Both the position numbers and the translations under genes were made by a program. From the NCBI GenBank assembly GCA_050613775.1, contig JBODTK010000142.1:186001-250000 (forward strand): a stretch of DNA of 64,000 nt, read 5' to 3'. The stretch comes from Neocallimastix sp. 'constans'. Lineage: Eukaryota. The first letter of the stretch is position 1. Each line of letters opens with the position of its first letter. Shown here piece after piece: positions 14,777 through 26,995 of this stretch. Under the pieces are notes generated by a model. That model had not been told where the DNA came from and did not search any database. It saw only the letters and a program-made list of their open reading frames with translations.

Positions 14777-15248
14777 AATTTATTGATAGATATTATTTAA
14801 TATATATATATAATAATAACTTGAAATATCTTAAATCAATATTATTATTTATTATTATTATTATTTATTATTAGAGTTACACAACTTTTTTTAAAATAAA
14901 TTAATTTATTTTCTTTTTTGAATTTACCATAACTTTTAAATAAATAAAATTTTTTTTGATAGAGATTATGTAATATATATTTATAACTTTAAATATATTA
15001 AATCATTAATTTTTTTTTTTAAAGAGTAATTTTTTTTATAATAAATTATTTTTTTCTTCGGAATTTATTGATATAGATTATATATTATATATATTTTTAT
15101 AGCTTTAAATATCTTAAATTATTAATTTTTTTATTTTTACCTCTAGAGTTTAGGTAATTTTTTTAAAAAATAAATTATTATTATTATTATTATTATTGTT
15201 ATTATATTATCTTCCTTTCTCCTTTTATTTCATTTAAAAAAAATCTTT

Positions 15249-16643
15249 TTAAGATTCAGTTATATCAGTTTCAATGGTAACATGATCATTTTCTCCAGTT
15301 TTACTTTCTTTATCTTTTTCCTTATTACTACGTTTGAAATATTTTTCAAAGTTGAAGAAAATGAAGAAGAGAGAACTAACAAATAATAAATATGGATAGA
15401 AAAGAAGTGGAATAACTTGGAATGCTGTAATACTATGTTTTAAGGAATTACAAGTTGAAATTGCAACAAGCATTTGAGCTCCATATGGAATAATACCTTG
15501 GAAAACACATGAGAATGTATCTAAAAGAGAGGCTGCTCTACGTGGATTAATATTATATTCTTTTTGCATTTCTTTAGCAATAGGATTAGACATAATAATA
15601 GCAACTGTATTATTAGCAGTAGCAACATCAATAATACTAACTAAAACTCCCATACCTAATTGTCCTCCACGATTACCTTTGAAAACTCTTTTAGTTCCAT
15701 TTAAGAGTGCTTCAAAACCACCTGCTTCACGAATTAATGCACTCATATTAGCAACTAAAATAGCAATTATACTACTTTCAAACATACCAGAACATCCAGT
15801 ACCCATGTTAGTAATTAATTCTGTAAATGATGATTCTCCGGTAGCTAACATAATAATAGCTCCTGAAACAACACCTAATAAAAGAACTCCAAAGACATTA
15901 AGACCAATGATACCACAAATTAAAACAAGTACATATGGAATTAATTGAATTAAGTTATAACTTTTATCAACTGATTTATTAATATCAGTATTTAAAGAAA
16001 TAATTAAGATAATAACAAGTGTAACAAGTGCGGCTGGAACTGCAATCTTGAAATTTTGTTTAAATTTATCTTTCATTTCACAACCTTGACCATTACAAGC
16101 GGCAATAGTAGTATCAGAAATGAAAGAAAGATTATCACCAAACATAGCTCCTCCAACAACTGCAGCAACACAAATAGGTAAACCAAAACCTGAAGCATCT
16201 GAAACTGCAACTGCAATTGGAACAACTAAAGTTACCGTACCAACAGAAGTACCCATAGTTAAGGAAACAAAACATGCAACAACGAAAAGTGCAACAACTG
16301 CATAACGAGCAGGTATGAATGAAAGTGTGAAATAGACAACACTTTCTGCACTACTTCTACCAACAACACCAACAAAAGTACCAGCAACTAAATAAATTAA
16401 AACCATAGTAAGGATATTTCTATCAGTTAAACCATCAGCCATAACTTGAAGTTTTTCATCTAAATTCAATTTACGATTTTGAAGACAACCCACAAAGATA
16501 GCAATTAAAAGAGCTACTACAATAGGAATACTATAGAAACCCATTTCTACTCCTAAAATATATTCAAAGGTAATACCCAAACCAAGGTATACTACCAAAA
16601 ATACTACAATAGGTAATAAAGCTAAAGGATTGCTTTTGACCAT
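15249..16643 (-). CDS. Na+/H+ antiporter NhaC-family transporter (bacterial type, possibly an amino-acid transporter), copy 1, 464 aa
   Basis: Multi-TM protein with family motifs MGTSVGT, GGAMFGDNLSFISDTTIAA, TANNTVAI and IIPYGAQML; intronless. Confidence 0.9.
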   Translation of the reverse strand: MVKSNPLALLPIVVFLVVYLGLGITFEYILGVEMGFYSIPIVVALLIAIFVGCLQNRKLNLDEKLQVMADGLTDRNILTMVLIYLVAGTFVGVVGRSSAESVVYFTLSFIPARYAVVALFVVACFVSLTMGTSVGTVTLVVPIAVAVSDASGFGLPICVAAVVGGAMFGDNLSFISDTTIAACNGQGCEMKDKFKQNFKIAVPAALVTLVIILIISLNTDINKSVDKSYNLIQLIPYVLVLICGIIGLNVFGVLLLGVVSGAIIMLATGESSFTELITNMGTGCSGMFESSIIAILVANMSALIREAGGFEALLNGTKRVFKGNRGGQLGMGVLVSIIDVATANNTVAIIMSNPIAKEMQKEYNINPRRAASLLDTFSCVFQGIIPYGAQMLVAISTCNSLKHSITAFQVIPLLFYPYLLFVSSLFFIFFNFEKYFKRSNKEKDKESKTGENDHVTIETDITES

Positions 16644-17134
16644 TTTCCTTTTTTTTTTTTTTTTATACTTTCGAAAACTTTCTAAAAAAATAATTCTCTA
16701 CTTCTAAATTATTTAAAAATAATTATTTATTACTAATAAATAATATATTTATAATTAGAAAAAAAAAAAAGAAAAGAAAAACAGAAAAAATTTCTTTCTT
16801 TATATATTATTTTTTATACTTATTATTATCTATTATCCTTTATTTCATTATTATTAATAGATTTTATCCTTTATTATTTTTTTTTTTTTATTTTTTTTTT
16901 TTTTTTAATATTTAAAATATATATTTTATTAATAAATTAAGTTATATAAATTGGTTTAACTTTTAATTAATTTATAAATCAATATCAAATAAATTTAATT
17001 AAGAAACAATGAAAAAAAAAAAAATTAAAAAAATAAAAAAAATATTTTTGGTACATGGCTAACTAATACTAATATTTAATCCGTTAATATCTTTTTTTTT
17101 TTTTTTTTTTTTTTTTTTTATTGTTATTATTATT

Positions 17135-17400
17135 ATATATTTAATATATTAAAATCAATCAAATTAAAAATTATTCCTAAAATAAAAAATTTTTTTAATA
17201 TTTATCCAAAGAATTTTTTCTTTTTTTTTTAAATATTATCTATTAATATATTAATATTCAATTTTTTTAAATAATAAAAAGCTTTTTATTATTATTATTT
17301 ATTTATTTATATATTTAATATATTAAAATCATATTAAATTAAAAGTTATTCCTAAAATAAAAAAATTTTTTTAATATTTATCCAAAGAATTTTTTTCTAA
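17135..17400 (+). repeat. Local direct duplication of about 85 bp
   Basis: TATATTTAATATATTAAAATC...TTATTCCTAAAATAAAAAATTTTTTTAATATTTATCCAAAGAATTTTTTC occurs at about 17137-17220 and again at about 17310-17398. Confidence 0.75.
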
Positions 17401-18046
17401 AATATAAATATACAAACACTTATAAAATATTTTAAAATATAAATATACATAAACAAATTAAACAATATAAAGTAACTGTCAATAAATATATTAATTTCAA
17501 TATATTATGAATAATATCTTTCTTTAGTTTTATTTTTCTTTTTAATATTTTAGGATAATTTCAGAATAATATAAATATATTTATTTAGTTTTTTTTTTTA
17601 AATATTAACAACAAATACTTCAATAAAAAATTATGTATGTCAAATTTAAATTTATAGGATATATAAAAGAGGTAATTTAGCAATAGTTCAAATATTAATA
17701 TATTTGTACTATTACTAATTTACCAAATAAATGTTAAAATATAAAGTTACACACTACTTAATAATAAGTTTTCTATATATATATACTTTTTTTTTATACA
17801 AATGCTTATTAAATTTTTCATAACCCAAAAATGAAATAAAATAAAATTAAAGATATTTTCTTTTTTATATATTTATTTAATTTACTTTTTTAATTAATAG
17901 ATAATAATGGTTAAATAATAGTACTTATTGAATATTAAAAATTTACATTTTTTTTTTCATTAATTTAAAAAATATATGATAAAATTTCAAAGTAAAAAAT
18001 ATTAATTAAAAATATAATGAAATTAATAATAGAAAAATAATCTCAC

Positions 18047-18077
<31 letters not shown>

Positions 18078-18478
18078 GAATATAAAATAAAATAATAGAT
18101 TAAATATTTAATAATATGTAATCAAGATTTATTATAATACATCATTTATCAAAAATATAATTTTATTATTATTGCTATTATTACTATTATTTCTATAATA
18201 AACGCTAAAAGAATTAATTAATCTCTAAATATTACTTCTTTTTTATAAATTATCAATTATTTTTGTTAAATATACTTTATATGATTTTATAATATATTCC
18301 AATAACTAATATTAAAAGTATATAAAATAAAATCAAAATTTTGAAATTTATATCTATAACTTATATGTATCTATTTTTGTATTAATATACTTAAATTATT
18401 TTTGTTTTTTGTTTTTTGTTTTTAAATTACATTATCAAAAAAAATTTTTTTTATTCTCTCCTCTTATTTTCTTTTATT

Positions 18479-19879
18479 TTATTTTTTAGAATCAGTAATA
18501 TCTGTTTCAATTATAACATGATCATTTTCTCCAATTGTACCATCTTCACTGTTAAGTCCTTTGTTTCTCTTGAAAAACTTTCCAATATTGAAGAAGATAA
18601 AGAAGAGAGAACTAACAAATAATAAATATGGATAGAAAAGAAGTGGAATAACTTGGAATGCTGTAATACTATGTTTTAAGGAATTACAAGTTGAAATTGC
18701 AACAAGCATTTGAGCTCCATATGGAATAATACCTTGGAAAACACATGAGAATGTATCTAAAAGAGAGGCTGCTCTACGTGGATTAATATTATATTCTTTT
18801 TGCATTTCTTTAGCAATAGGATTAGACATAATAATAGCAACTGTATTATTAGCAGTAGCAACATCAATAATACTAACTAAAACTCCCATACCTAATTGTC
18901 CTCCACGATTACCTTTGAAAACCCTTTTAATTCCATTTAAGAGTGCTTCAAAACCACCTGCTTCACGAATTAATGCACTCATATTAGCAACTAAAATAGC
19001 AATTATACTACTTTCAAACATACCAGAACATCCAGTACCCATGTTAGTAATTAATTCTGTAAATGATGATTCTCCGGTAGCTAACATAATAATAGCTCCT
19101 GAAACAACACCTAATAAAAGAACTCCAAAGACATTAAGACCAATGATACCACAAATTAAAACAAGTACATATGGAATTAATTGAATTAAGTTATAACTTT
19201 TATCAACTGATTTATTAATATCAGTATTTAAAGAAATAATTAAGATAATAACAAGTGTAACAAGTGCGGCTGGAACTGCAATCTTGAAATTTTGTTTAAA
19301 TTTATCTTTCATTTCACAACCTTGACCATTACAAGCGGCAATAGTAGTATCAGAAATGAAAGAAAGATTATCACCAAACATAGCTCCTCCAACAACTGCA
19401 GCAACACAAATAGGTAAACCAAAACCTGAAGCATCTGAAACTGCAACTGCAATTGGAACAACTAAAGTTACCGTACCAACAGAAGTACCCATAGTTAAGG
19501 AAACAAAACATGCAACAACGAAAAGTGCAACAACTGCATAACGAGCAGGTATGAATGAAAGTGTGAAATAGACAACACTTTCTGCACTACTTCTACCAAC
19601 AACACCAACAAAAGTACCAGCAACTAAATAAATTAAAACCATAGTAAGGATATTTCTATCAGTTAAACCATCAGCCATAACTTGAAGTTTTTCATCTAAA
19701 TTCAATTTACGATTTTGAAGACAACCCACAAAGATAGCAATTAAAAGAGCTACTACAATAGGAATACTATAGAAACCCATTTCTACTCCTAAAATATATT
19801 CAAAGGTAATACCCAAACCAAGGTATACTACCAAAAATACTACAATAGGTAATAAAGCTAAAGGATTGCTCTTAACCAT
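18479..19879 (-). CDS. Na+/H+ antiporter NhaC-family transporter, copy 2, 466 aa
   Basis: Identical in protein to copy 1 except one T/I change (NGTKR vs NGIKR) and the last ~33 aa. Confidence 0.9.
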   Translation of the reverse strand: MVKSNPLALLPIVVFLVVYLGLGITFEYILGVEMGFYSIPIVVALLIAIFVGCLQNRKLNLDEKLQVMADGLTDRNILTMVLIYLVAGTFVGVVGRSSAESVVYFTLSFIPARYAVVALFVVACFVSLTMGTSVGTVTLVVPIAVAVSDASGFGLPICVAAVVGGAMFGDNLSFISDTTIAACNGQGCEMKDKFKQNFKIAVPAALVTLVIILIISLNTDINKSVDKSYNLIQLIPYVLVLICGIIGLNVFGVLLLGVVSGAIIMLATGESSFTELITNMGTGCSGMFESSIIAILVANMSALIREAGGFEALLNGIKRVFKGNRGGQLGMGVLVSIIDVATANNTVAIIMSNPIAKEMQKEYNINPRRAASLLDTFSCVFQGIIPYGAQMLVAISTCNSLKHSITAFQVIPLLFYPYLLFVSSLFFIFFNIGKFFKRNKGLNSEDGTIGENDHVIIETDITDSKK

Positions 19880-20621
19880 TTTTCTTTTTTCTCTTTTTTA
19901 TAAATAAAATTATTTATTGTTTATTTTTTCTATTTTTCAAAATATATATTATTAATATTTTCTTAGTAATATTATAATTATCTTTCTTCTTTATTAATTA
20001 AAAATTAAATTAGTTTAAATAGCTATATTGATTAACCGATAAAAATAATTCTTTTTAAGTATTTGTTTATTGATTAATATAAAAAAATTAATTATTAATT
20101 ATTGTTAAATACAATCTTTAAGGAAAAAAATGGCTCTATATATATACTTTTTTTTTCTATAAATCAAAAGACACAAAAACGTAGAAAAAAAAAAAAAAAA
20201 AAAAATTTAATTTGTTCATTATTATGAATCAATTATTGATCATCCTTTTTTTTTTAAATAAGAAAACTTTAAAACTTAAATTTTATTTGGTAGTTATAAA
20301 ACAAATATAATTTAATTAAAAAAAAAAAAATAATAATAAAAAATGATTTAAAAAAAAATTAAAAAAAAAAAAAGTTTTGATATATGCTAACTAATTTTTA
20401 TTCAGTTAAATTTTTCTTTTTTTTTTGTTTTTAATATAAATATAATAAATAAATTTATTATTTATATATTATTATTATAATGTATTTAACTAATTAAAAT
20501 CAAATCAAATTGGAGATTATTTATAAAAATGAATTTTTTATTATTAATATTTTTTTTAAATTAGAAATAAAATATAATTTAGAAAAAAAGTTGCTTTTTT
20601 TTTTTTTTTTTGTAGTAAACT

Positions 20622-20655
<34 letters not shown>

Positions 20656-23384
20656 TAGAAGTATATATATTCAGTATTTATAAACTCTTTCTTCAAAGTG
20701 TTTATAAATACTGAATACAACTAAAGCAAACAAATAAAAAAAATTATTTTAATTATATAATAAATAATTTTTATTCTTTCAATAAATAAAATATTTCTAA
20801 GTTCCAAAATATATTTATTTATTTATTTACTTACTGATTTATTTATTTACTTACTTACTTATTTATTTATTTATTTTCACCATATTTTAATTATCATTTT
20901 AATAATAAAACTTTTTTAGTATTACAAAAAAAGTTAAAAATATATTAATTTTTTTTTTTTATTTATTTGTTAACAAAAATTTCAAATTTCAATATATTAT
21001 GGGCAATATTTTATATTAAAATAGAAAAAAAATTGGAAAAAAATAATATATTGACAAATTTTAATTAAAAAATATTAACTATTTTATTTAATTAACTTTT
21101 TCATTCATTCAATTTTTTATTTTTTTAAAGATGTTTTTTTTTTTTATTTTTTTGTAATACTTTACCAATAATAAAGAAATAAAAAAAGTTTAAAATAAAT
21201 AAAAATTTAATTTTATTTAAATCAATTTAAAAATTAAAAAAAAAAAAAAAAAATAATAATAATTTAAACTACAGAAAAACAGTTGATATTCGCTAACCTT
21301 GAACCAATATATTAAAAATTGGTTAACTTTTAATCAATTATTGAAAGATATGAATAGCAAAAAAAATTTTCTTCTTATAAAAAATTCATAATATTCATAA
21401 ATAAGTAATTTATTAAATAAATAGAAAAATAAATAATTAAATAAATTTATATATATATATATTTTTTTTTGATATGAATAACAAATTAAAAATAAAAATA
21501 TATATATAAAAAAAGTTAACTATTAATTATTAATTATTACTTAGAAGAAGAACAAAAAAAAAAATTTTTAAACTTTTTTTTTTTGGATTTTTTATTTAAC
21601 TTATAATAAAAATATCAATAAATGTAATGTATGTACTGAAATAGTATATAATTTATTTTATATATCTATCTTAATTAAGGAATACCAAAATTAAAATGTA
21701 ATTAATATTTATTTTATATATATTATCCTCTTTCTTTTTTAAAAAAAATTATATTAAGAATATCAAAAATTAAAGTATAATTAATATTTATTTATGTTGT
21801 ATTATACTTTTTCTTTTTTTTAAAAAAATATATAAAGAATATATTGAAATAATAAAATTAACAAATAATTATTTAAAAATAATAACAATAAATTTTAAAA
21901 ATATAAACATAAAAATTAAAAATTAAAAATAATTAAAAAAAAAAACTTTTTTTAATATTTTAAATAATATTAAAACTAAATAATATGAAAGCATAATAAT
22001 AGAATTATATAATGAAATATATAATAAATTTAATAGTATTAATAAAAATGAAATTAAAAAAAAAAAAAAATTGAAAAAAAATTCCAGCCATAAACAGCAT
22101 TAAAATACTAAAAACAATAGAATATTAGTTAATAATTAACCAAACGTAATCATATATAAAAAATTAATGAAAGAATGAAAATATTTTTAAGGTTAAATTA
22201 TATATTACATATGATATATTCTGCAATAGATTTATATTGATTTATTATTTATAATTTATAATATATCCATAATACAGGACAGGGCAAAAAAAAAAAAAGT
22301 TCCTTTTTCATATTATTATTCTTATTAAATAAGAACATTACAATTATTATTTATTTACTAATGTCCCTTATTTCTTTTATAAAATTATTATTAAATTATA
22401 TATTATATAATTATTTAATTGTTTTAATTTTTAATTTTGTAATATTATTTTTAAAATGTTAAACAATAGAATAATATGAATTTTAAAATTATTTATTCTA
22501 GATCTTAATTATTCATTTTCTACAATTTTATTTTTACCAAATTTTTAAACGATATTAGAAATTATAATTAACCTTTTTTCTTTTTTTTTTTATAGTTATT
22601 ATAGTTTATAATAAAAAAAAATATAATAATAATAATAATAAAATACCAAAGCAAATTAAATATATATATATATCTATAAGAAAATAATAAAAAAAATTGA
22701 TATTAAAAAATGCCAATAGAAGAATATATAAAATATATAATTAGTAATTCTTAATTCTGAAAATAAAGTGATAAAATCATTTTAAATAAAAGTAATCCTT
22801 TCATTATTTGGTTAAGAAAATAAATTAAAAAAAAAAAAAATTAAAAAAAAAATTAAAAAAAAAATTAAAAAAATAAAACGAAAATTTTAATTAAAACTCA
22901 AAAATTAAATTAACTGGAATGATGTAATTTTAATGAATATAATTATCTCCAATAAAAAATTTTTTTCTTCATATTAATTATTTGTTATTAATATTATTAA
23001 TTATCGGTTATTATTTATTTTATTAATTGTTTAATCTTTACAAATGTTAATGAATAAATATATATATACATTATAAATTCTAATACAATATTATTTTAAA
23101 AAATTGAAATTAATTGATGAATAAATAATAACAACTGTATATAACTATATTTAATATTTTTTAAAACTTTAATAATTATTTAATTTATTATTAATTACTA
23201 ATTAGGAATGATTGATGAATATAGATTATAATTAATCTATAAATATCAATTTTTTCTTTTCCTTCTAAGATTTTATATCTTATTTAATATGTAATATCAA
23301 AATTATTTTTTATTTTTCAATTAACTTTAAATTTTTTTTAAAATTATTATTTTAACAGTTTACTAAATAAAGTAATAGCTTATT

Positions 23385-23415
<31 letters not shown>

Positions 23416-23669
23416 GTTTTGTTTTGTTTTGTTTTGCTATATAAAGTTTCCATATTATATATATAAACATAGATAGCTATACTTAATATTTAATAATTTC
23501 TATGTAAAAAAATTTTAATTTGAAAATATAGTATAGAAAATAAAATATAGGAGAAAAGATAACTAATATTATGTTATCTTTAATAAAAAAATTTTTTTTT
23601 TTTTCAATTATTATATACGACTTTTTTTTTTTTTTTTTTACTTTTTACTTGAAATTATAAATTATTATT

Positions 23670-25620
23670 CTTTGAAAATTAAATTTGTGAATTTTGACAT
23701 ACATTTGTACTCCTGAAATATTTTTAGTTAATGGATCAGCTAATATATTTTCAATATTAATGAGTTCTAATTCAATTTCGTTTTTCATAATCTTTTCTTG
23801 AATTATATCTTATATCTATATGCTTACATCTTCCTTTAGAATTTGTATTTTTGGCTCGATTTTATGGAAATCTCAGTTATAGAAAAATGTAATATTGTCT
23901 ACTTCTGAAGCAAAATTTGTTAGTCTGACTAAATGTACTAAACAAGCTTTGTGGTTCAAAAATTTATTTAAAGAAATTTTTAATCAAGAAATAAAATTCA
24001 AAATTATGGTAGATAACAAAGTGTGTATTGTAATAACTATTAATAAGTAAGAATATGTTATCCACTTGTAGATCTTCTTGTTTTTTCATCATTTTCATAA
24101 TCTAAATCCGAATATCCATTGGATTTGCTTTTTTTATCATAATACATAGATTTATTTTTTTGTACCTTTCAAATATTGTAAAATATTCTTTAAATATTTG
24201 AAATCTATTTCTTTTAGATTTTCGCAAATTCTTGATGCTTCATTCACAGCAAACTTTATATCCGGTGTTGACTTTACTGCAATGTATAATAATGCTCCTA
24301 ATTAATATTTATATTCTTTTGCATTTATCAAGTTTGAGTTATTTCTGTCATTCTCTGTAATTTTCTTACATGGTGTTCTGAGTTGTTTTGTTTTGTTCAT
24401 ATTGTATTTTCTAATTATTTTATTATTATAATCAATTTTATTTATTTTATAACTGTTAATTTGTTTTATAAATGTTTATTTCTATTATTTTAGTTGCATC
24501 AGAATCTTTAGAGATTATATATTTATCTTTTAATGTATTTATAATTAATTTCATTTTTAATTTTTATTATTAAAATATTATTTACATACAATGTAAGTAA
24601 ACATGTTAATCTATTATTTTTATTATATTTTTCAAAGAGAGATAGTTTTGTATTTTCTAAATCCTATACTTAATCAAATTATGTAATATTTCATTATATC
24701 ATATTTATTAAAAAATAATTCATTTGAAATTTTATTATTGATACTTTGATGTGGAATTAAATTATAAAGCTAAGAAGCATAAAGTATATCGGAATCCTAA
24801 AATTTATAAAGGAAATTTAGTTGTTTTAAGTAAAATGGACAAATAACGATTAAGAGTTTGATTCAACCGTTCAGCACTGACATTTTGTTGGCGGTTACCA
24901 GAAATGGAATGAAGAAAATTTATACCATTATCACCTAAGTAATTTTTAAGGGATCTGTTGATATATTCCTTACCATTATCAGATTTTAAAATAATAATAC
25001 TATAGAAAATAGTATTTGAAAAAAATTTACAAAATTTAATAAAAATATTAGGAACATCGGATTTATATTTGATTAGGAAAACCCAAATTTTTCTTGAAAA
25101 ATCATCAAGGAAAGTAACATAGCAATTAAAATCATTATAAGATGTTTTCAGTTTACCGAAAACATTGAAATGAACTAATTCCATAAGTTTAGTGGCATTA
25201 TTTGAAGAGGAATAAAAAAGTTTCTTTTTTAATTTAGTGATTATGTATTGGTGGAAGTTTTTGTCTTTGTGATTTTTTGTATGTTTAATAACAAAATTTT
25301 TAATATTATTATAATAATGTCCTAAATGATTATTATTTTTATTATTATCAATTTTATAATTTTTATCATTATAATCATCTGATTTATTATTTTTCTTAAT
25401 TAATGAATTATATTTACAATGGTCAGAGGAATGACCTTTAATTCTGTATATATGGCAATAATAATCATTATTAATTTTTTTATTAAAATTCTTAGTATAA
25501 TTTTTATTATTATTCCTTTTGTTTCAATTTATATTATTAATATTTAAATCATTTATAATTTTATATTTAGATCTTAGTATTTCAGCTTTTTCAAAAAAAA
25601 TCTTGTCTTTTGTTTTATTC
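23670..25620 (-). mobile_element. Decayed, internally deleted Ty1/copia element (gag zinc knuckle, integrase, partial RT, RNase H) with an internal inversion
   Basis: Minus-strand fragments: YYCHIYRIKGHSSDHC (degenerate CCHC, about 25415-25462); integrase ORF 24804..25184 (TFLDDFSRKIWV, LKSDNGKEY, AERLNQTL); GYSDLDYENDEKTRRSTSG (about 24060-24117); GRCKHIDIRY and ILADPLTK (about 23725-23835). Confidence 0.9.
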
Positions 25621-25647
25621 TTTGATAAGATCCTCAAAAATGTATAA

Positions 25648-26094
25648 GCCAACTACATTGATAGCGATATTCCGATCATGGAAAAAATGGTGGATTCCAT
25701 CACCGGTAAATTCATAGGAGAAGCCTTTGTTGGAGTTTGCTATTACACAGCATTACAGCATCAAGTCGAAGAAAAAATGTTTTATCGTATTCTCGGAAAT
25801 GTTAATGCAATAAGTAAACAGCCTACGGAAGGTAAATCACAAAATGGTGGATTACGTATTGGAGAAATGGAAAGAGACGCATTAATAGCTCATAGGGCTA
25901 ATGCCATCCTACAAGATATGTTTAAAAATAACACTGACCTTACAGAAATAAAATATTGTAATGTATGTCATTCATTAGGTACAAAAGACACTTGTTGTGA
26001 TACATCAACAAAAACACTTTCAATATCAAATAGTTTTAACATCATGAATTCCTACTTGGAGTCTATTGGTTTACATACTAAAATTTACCAATAA
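25648..26094 (+). pseudogene. C-terminal fragment of a divergent DNA-directed RNA polymerase second-largest subunit (Rpb2/beta-like), probably viral
   Basis: YYTALQHQVEEKMFYR...KQPTEGKSQNGGLRIGEMERDALIAH, then a Zn-binding CNVC...CC and a C-terminal YLESIGL. Only the last ~150 aa of a subunit normally over 1000 aa are present. An in-frame TAA lies at 25645-25647; there are no introns. Confidence 0.85.
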
Positions 26095-26995
26095 ATAAAA
26101 CTTTTATAATAAATTATAAAATTGAATAATTATATTTTGAATTAAATAAAGCTTTACTTTAACTAAATAAATTTTTTAAAAATTTAAAAAAAAAAAAAAA
26201 AAAAAAACATTTTATAAATTAAAAATTTTTTGAAAAAAAAAAAAAAACATTACATTGTTATTAACGATTCTAAATTTATATATTTATTTATTTACTTATA
26301 TAAACTGTATACTAAAAAAAATATATATATTTATATATATTTATATAAATAAAATATTTCAAAAAGTTTTTAAAAATATGTATTATCATAATAAAATAAA
26401 TATAAAATATAAATAAAAAAAAAGTAAAATAAATTCATTTAATTTTTAAAAAAAAAATAATAATTCAAAATTTTATATAATATTAATTATAAAATATATA
26501 AAAATATTTAAACTCTTGTTAATTAACATTAAATAAAAATTTATTATAAAAGTATACTTAAATTATTACTAGGAATTACTAAATCAAAACAAATAAAATT
26601 TTATTGCTATAGAAAAAGTATAGAGTGTAAATACTATTTAAATATTTCAAATTATATTAATATTTTATTAAATATTATTATGTTATATAATATAAAAACC
26701 TTGTTTCAATTACATTTTAAAAAGTTGTATAAATATATTATATATATTATTTAAGGTATTTTTAATTTAAAAGAAAACATTATACATTTATACTATTTAA
26801 TAAAAACAATTTATAATATATACATAAATACTTTACATATATAATTAAAAGTGTACATAATTATAAGTGTACATAATTATATCTATAAATAGATAACTAT
26901 ATAAATTCAATGTATGATTTATTTATGTAAAATTGAAACAAAAAAAAATATTATATTGTGTTTATTTTAATTAATGAATGAATCAAAAAGTATTA

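Noticed and set aside
25648..26094. Last exon of a host nuclear RNA polymerase gene
   Set aside because: There are no upstream exons (copia DNA lies immediately 5'), there is an in-frame stop, and the sequence diverges from conserved fungal subunits. A phylogeny is still needed for certainty.
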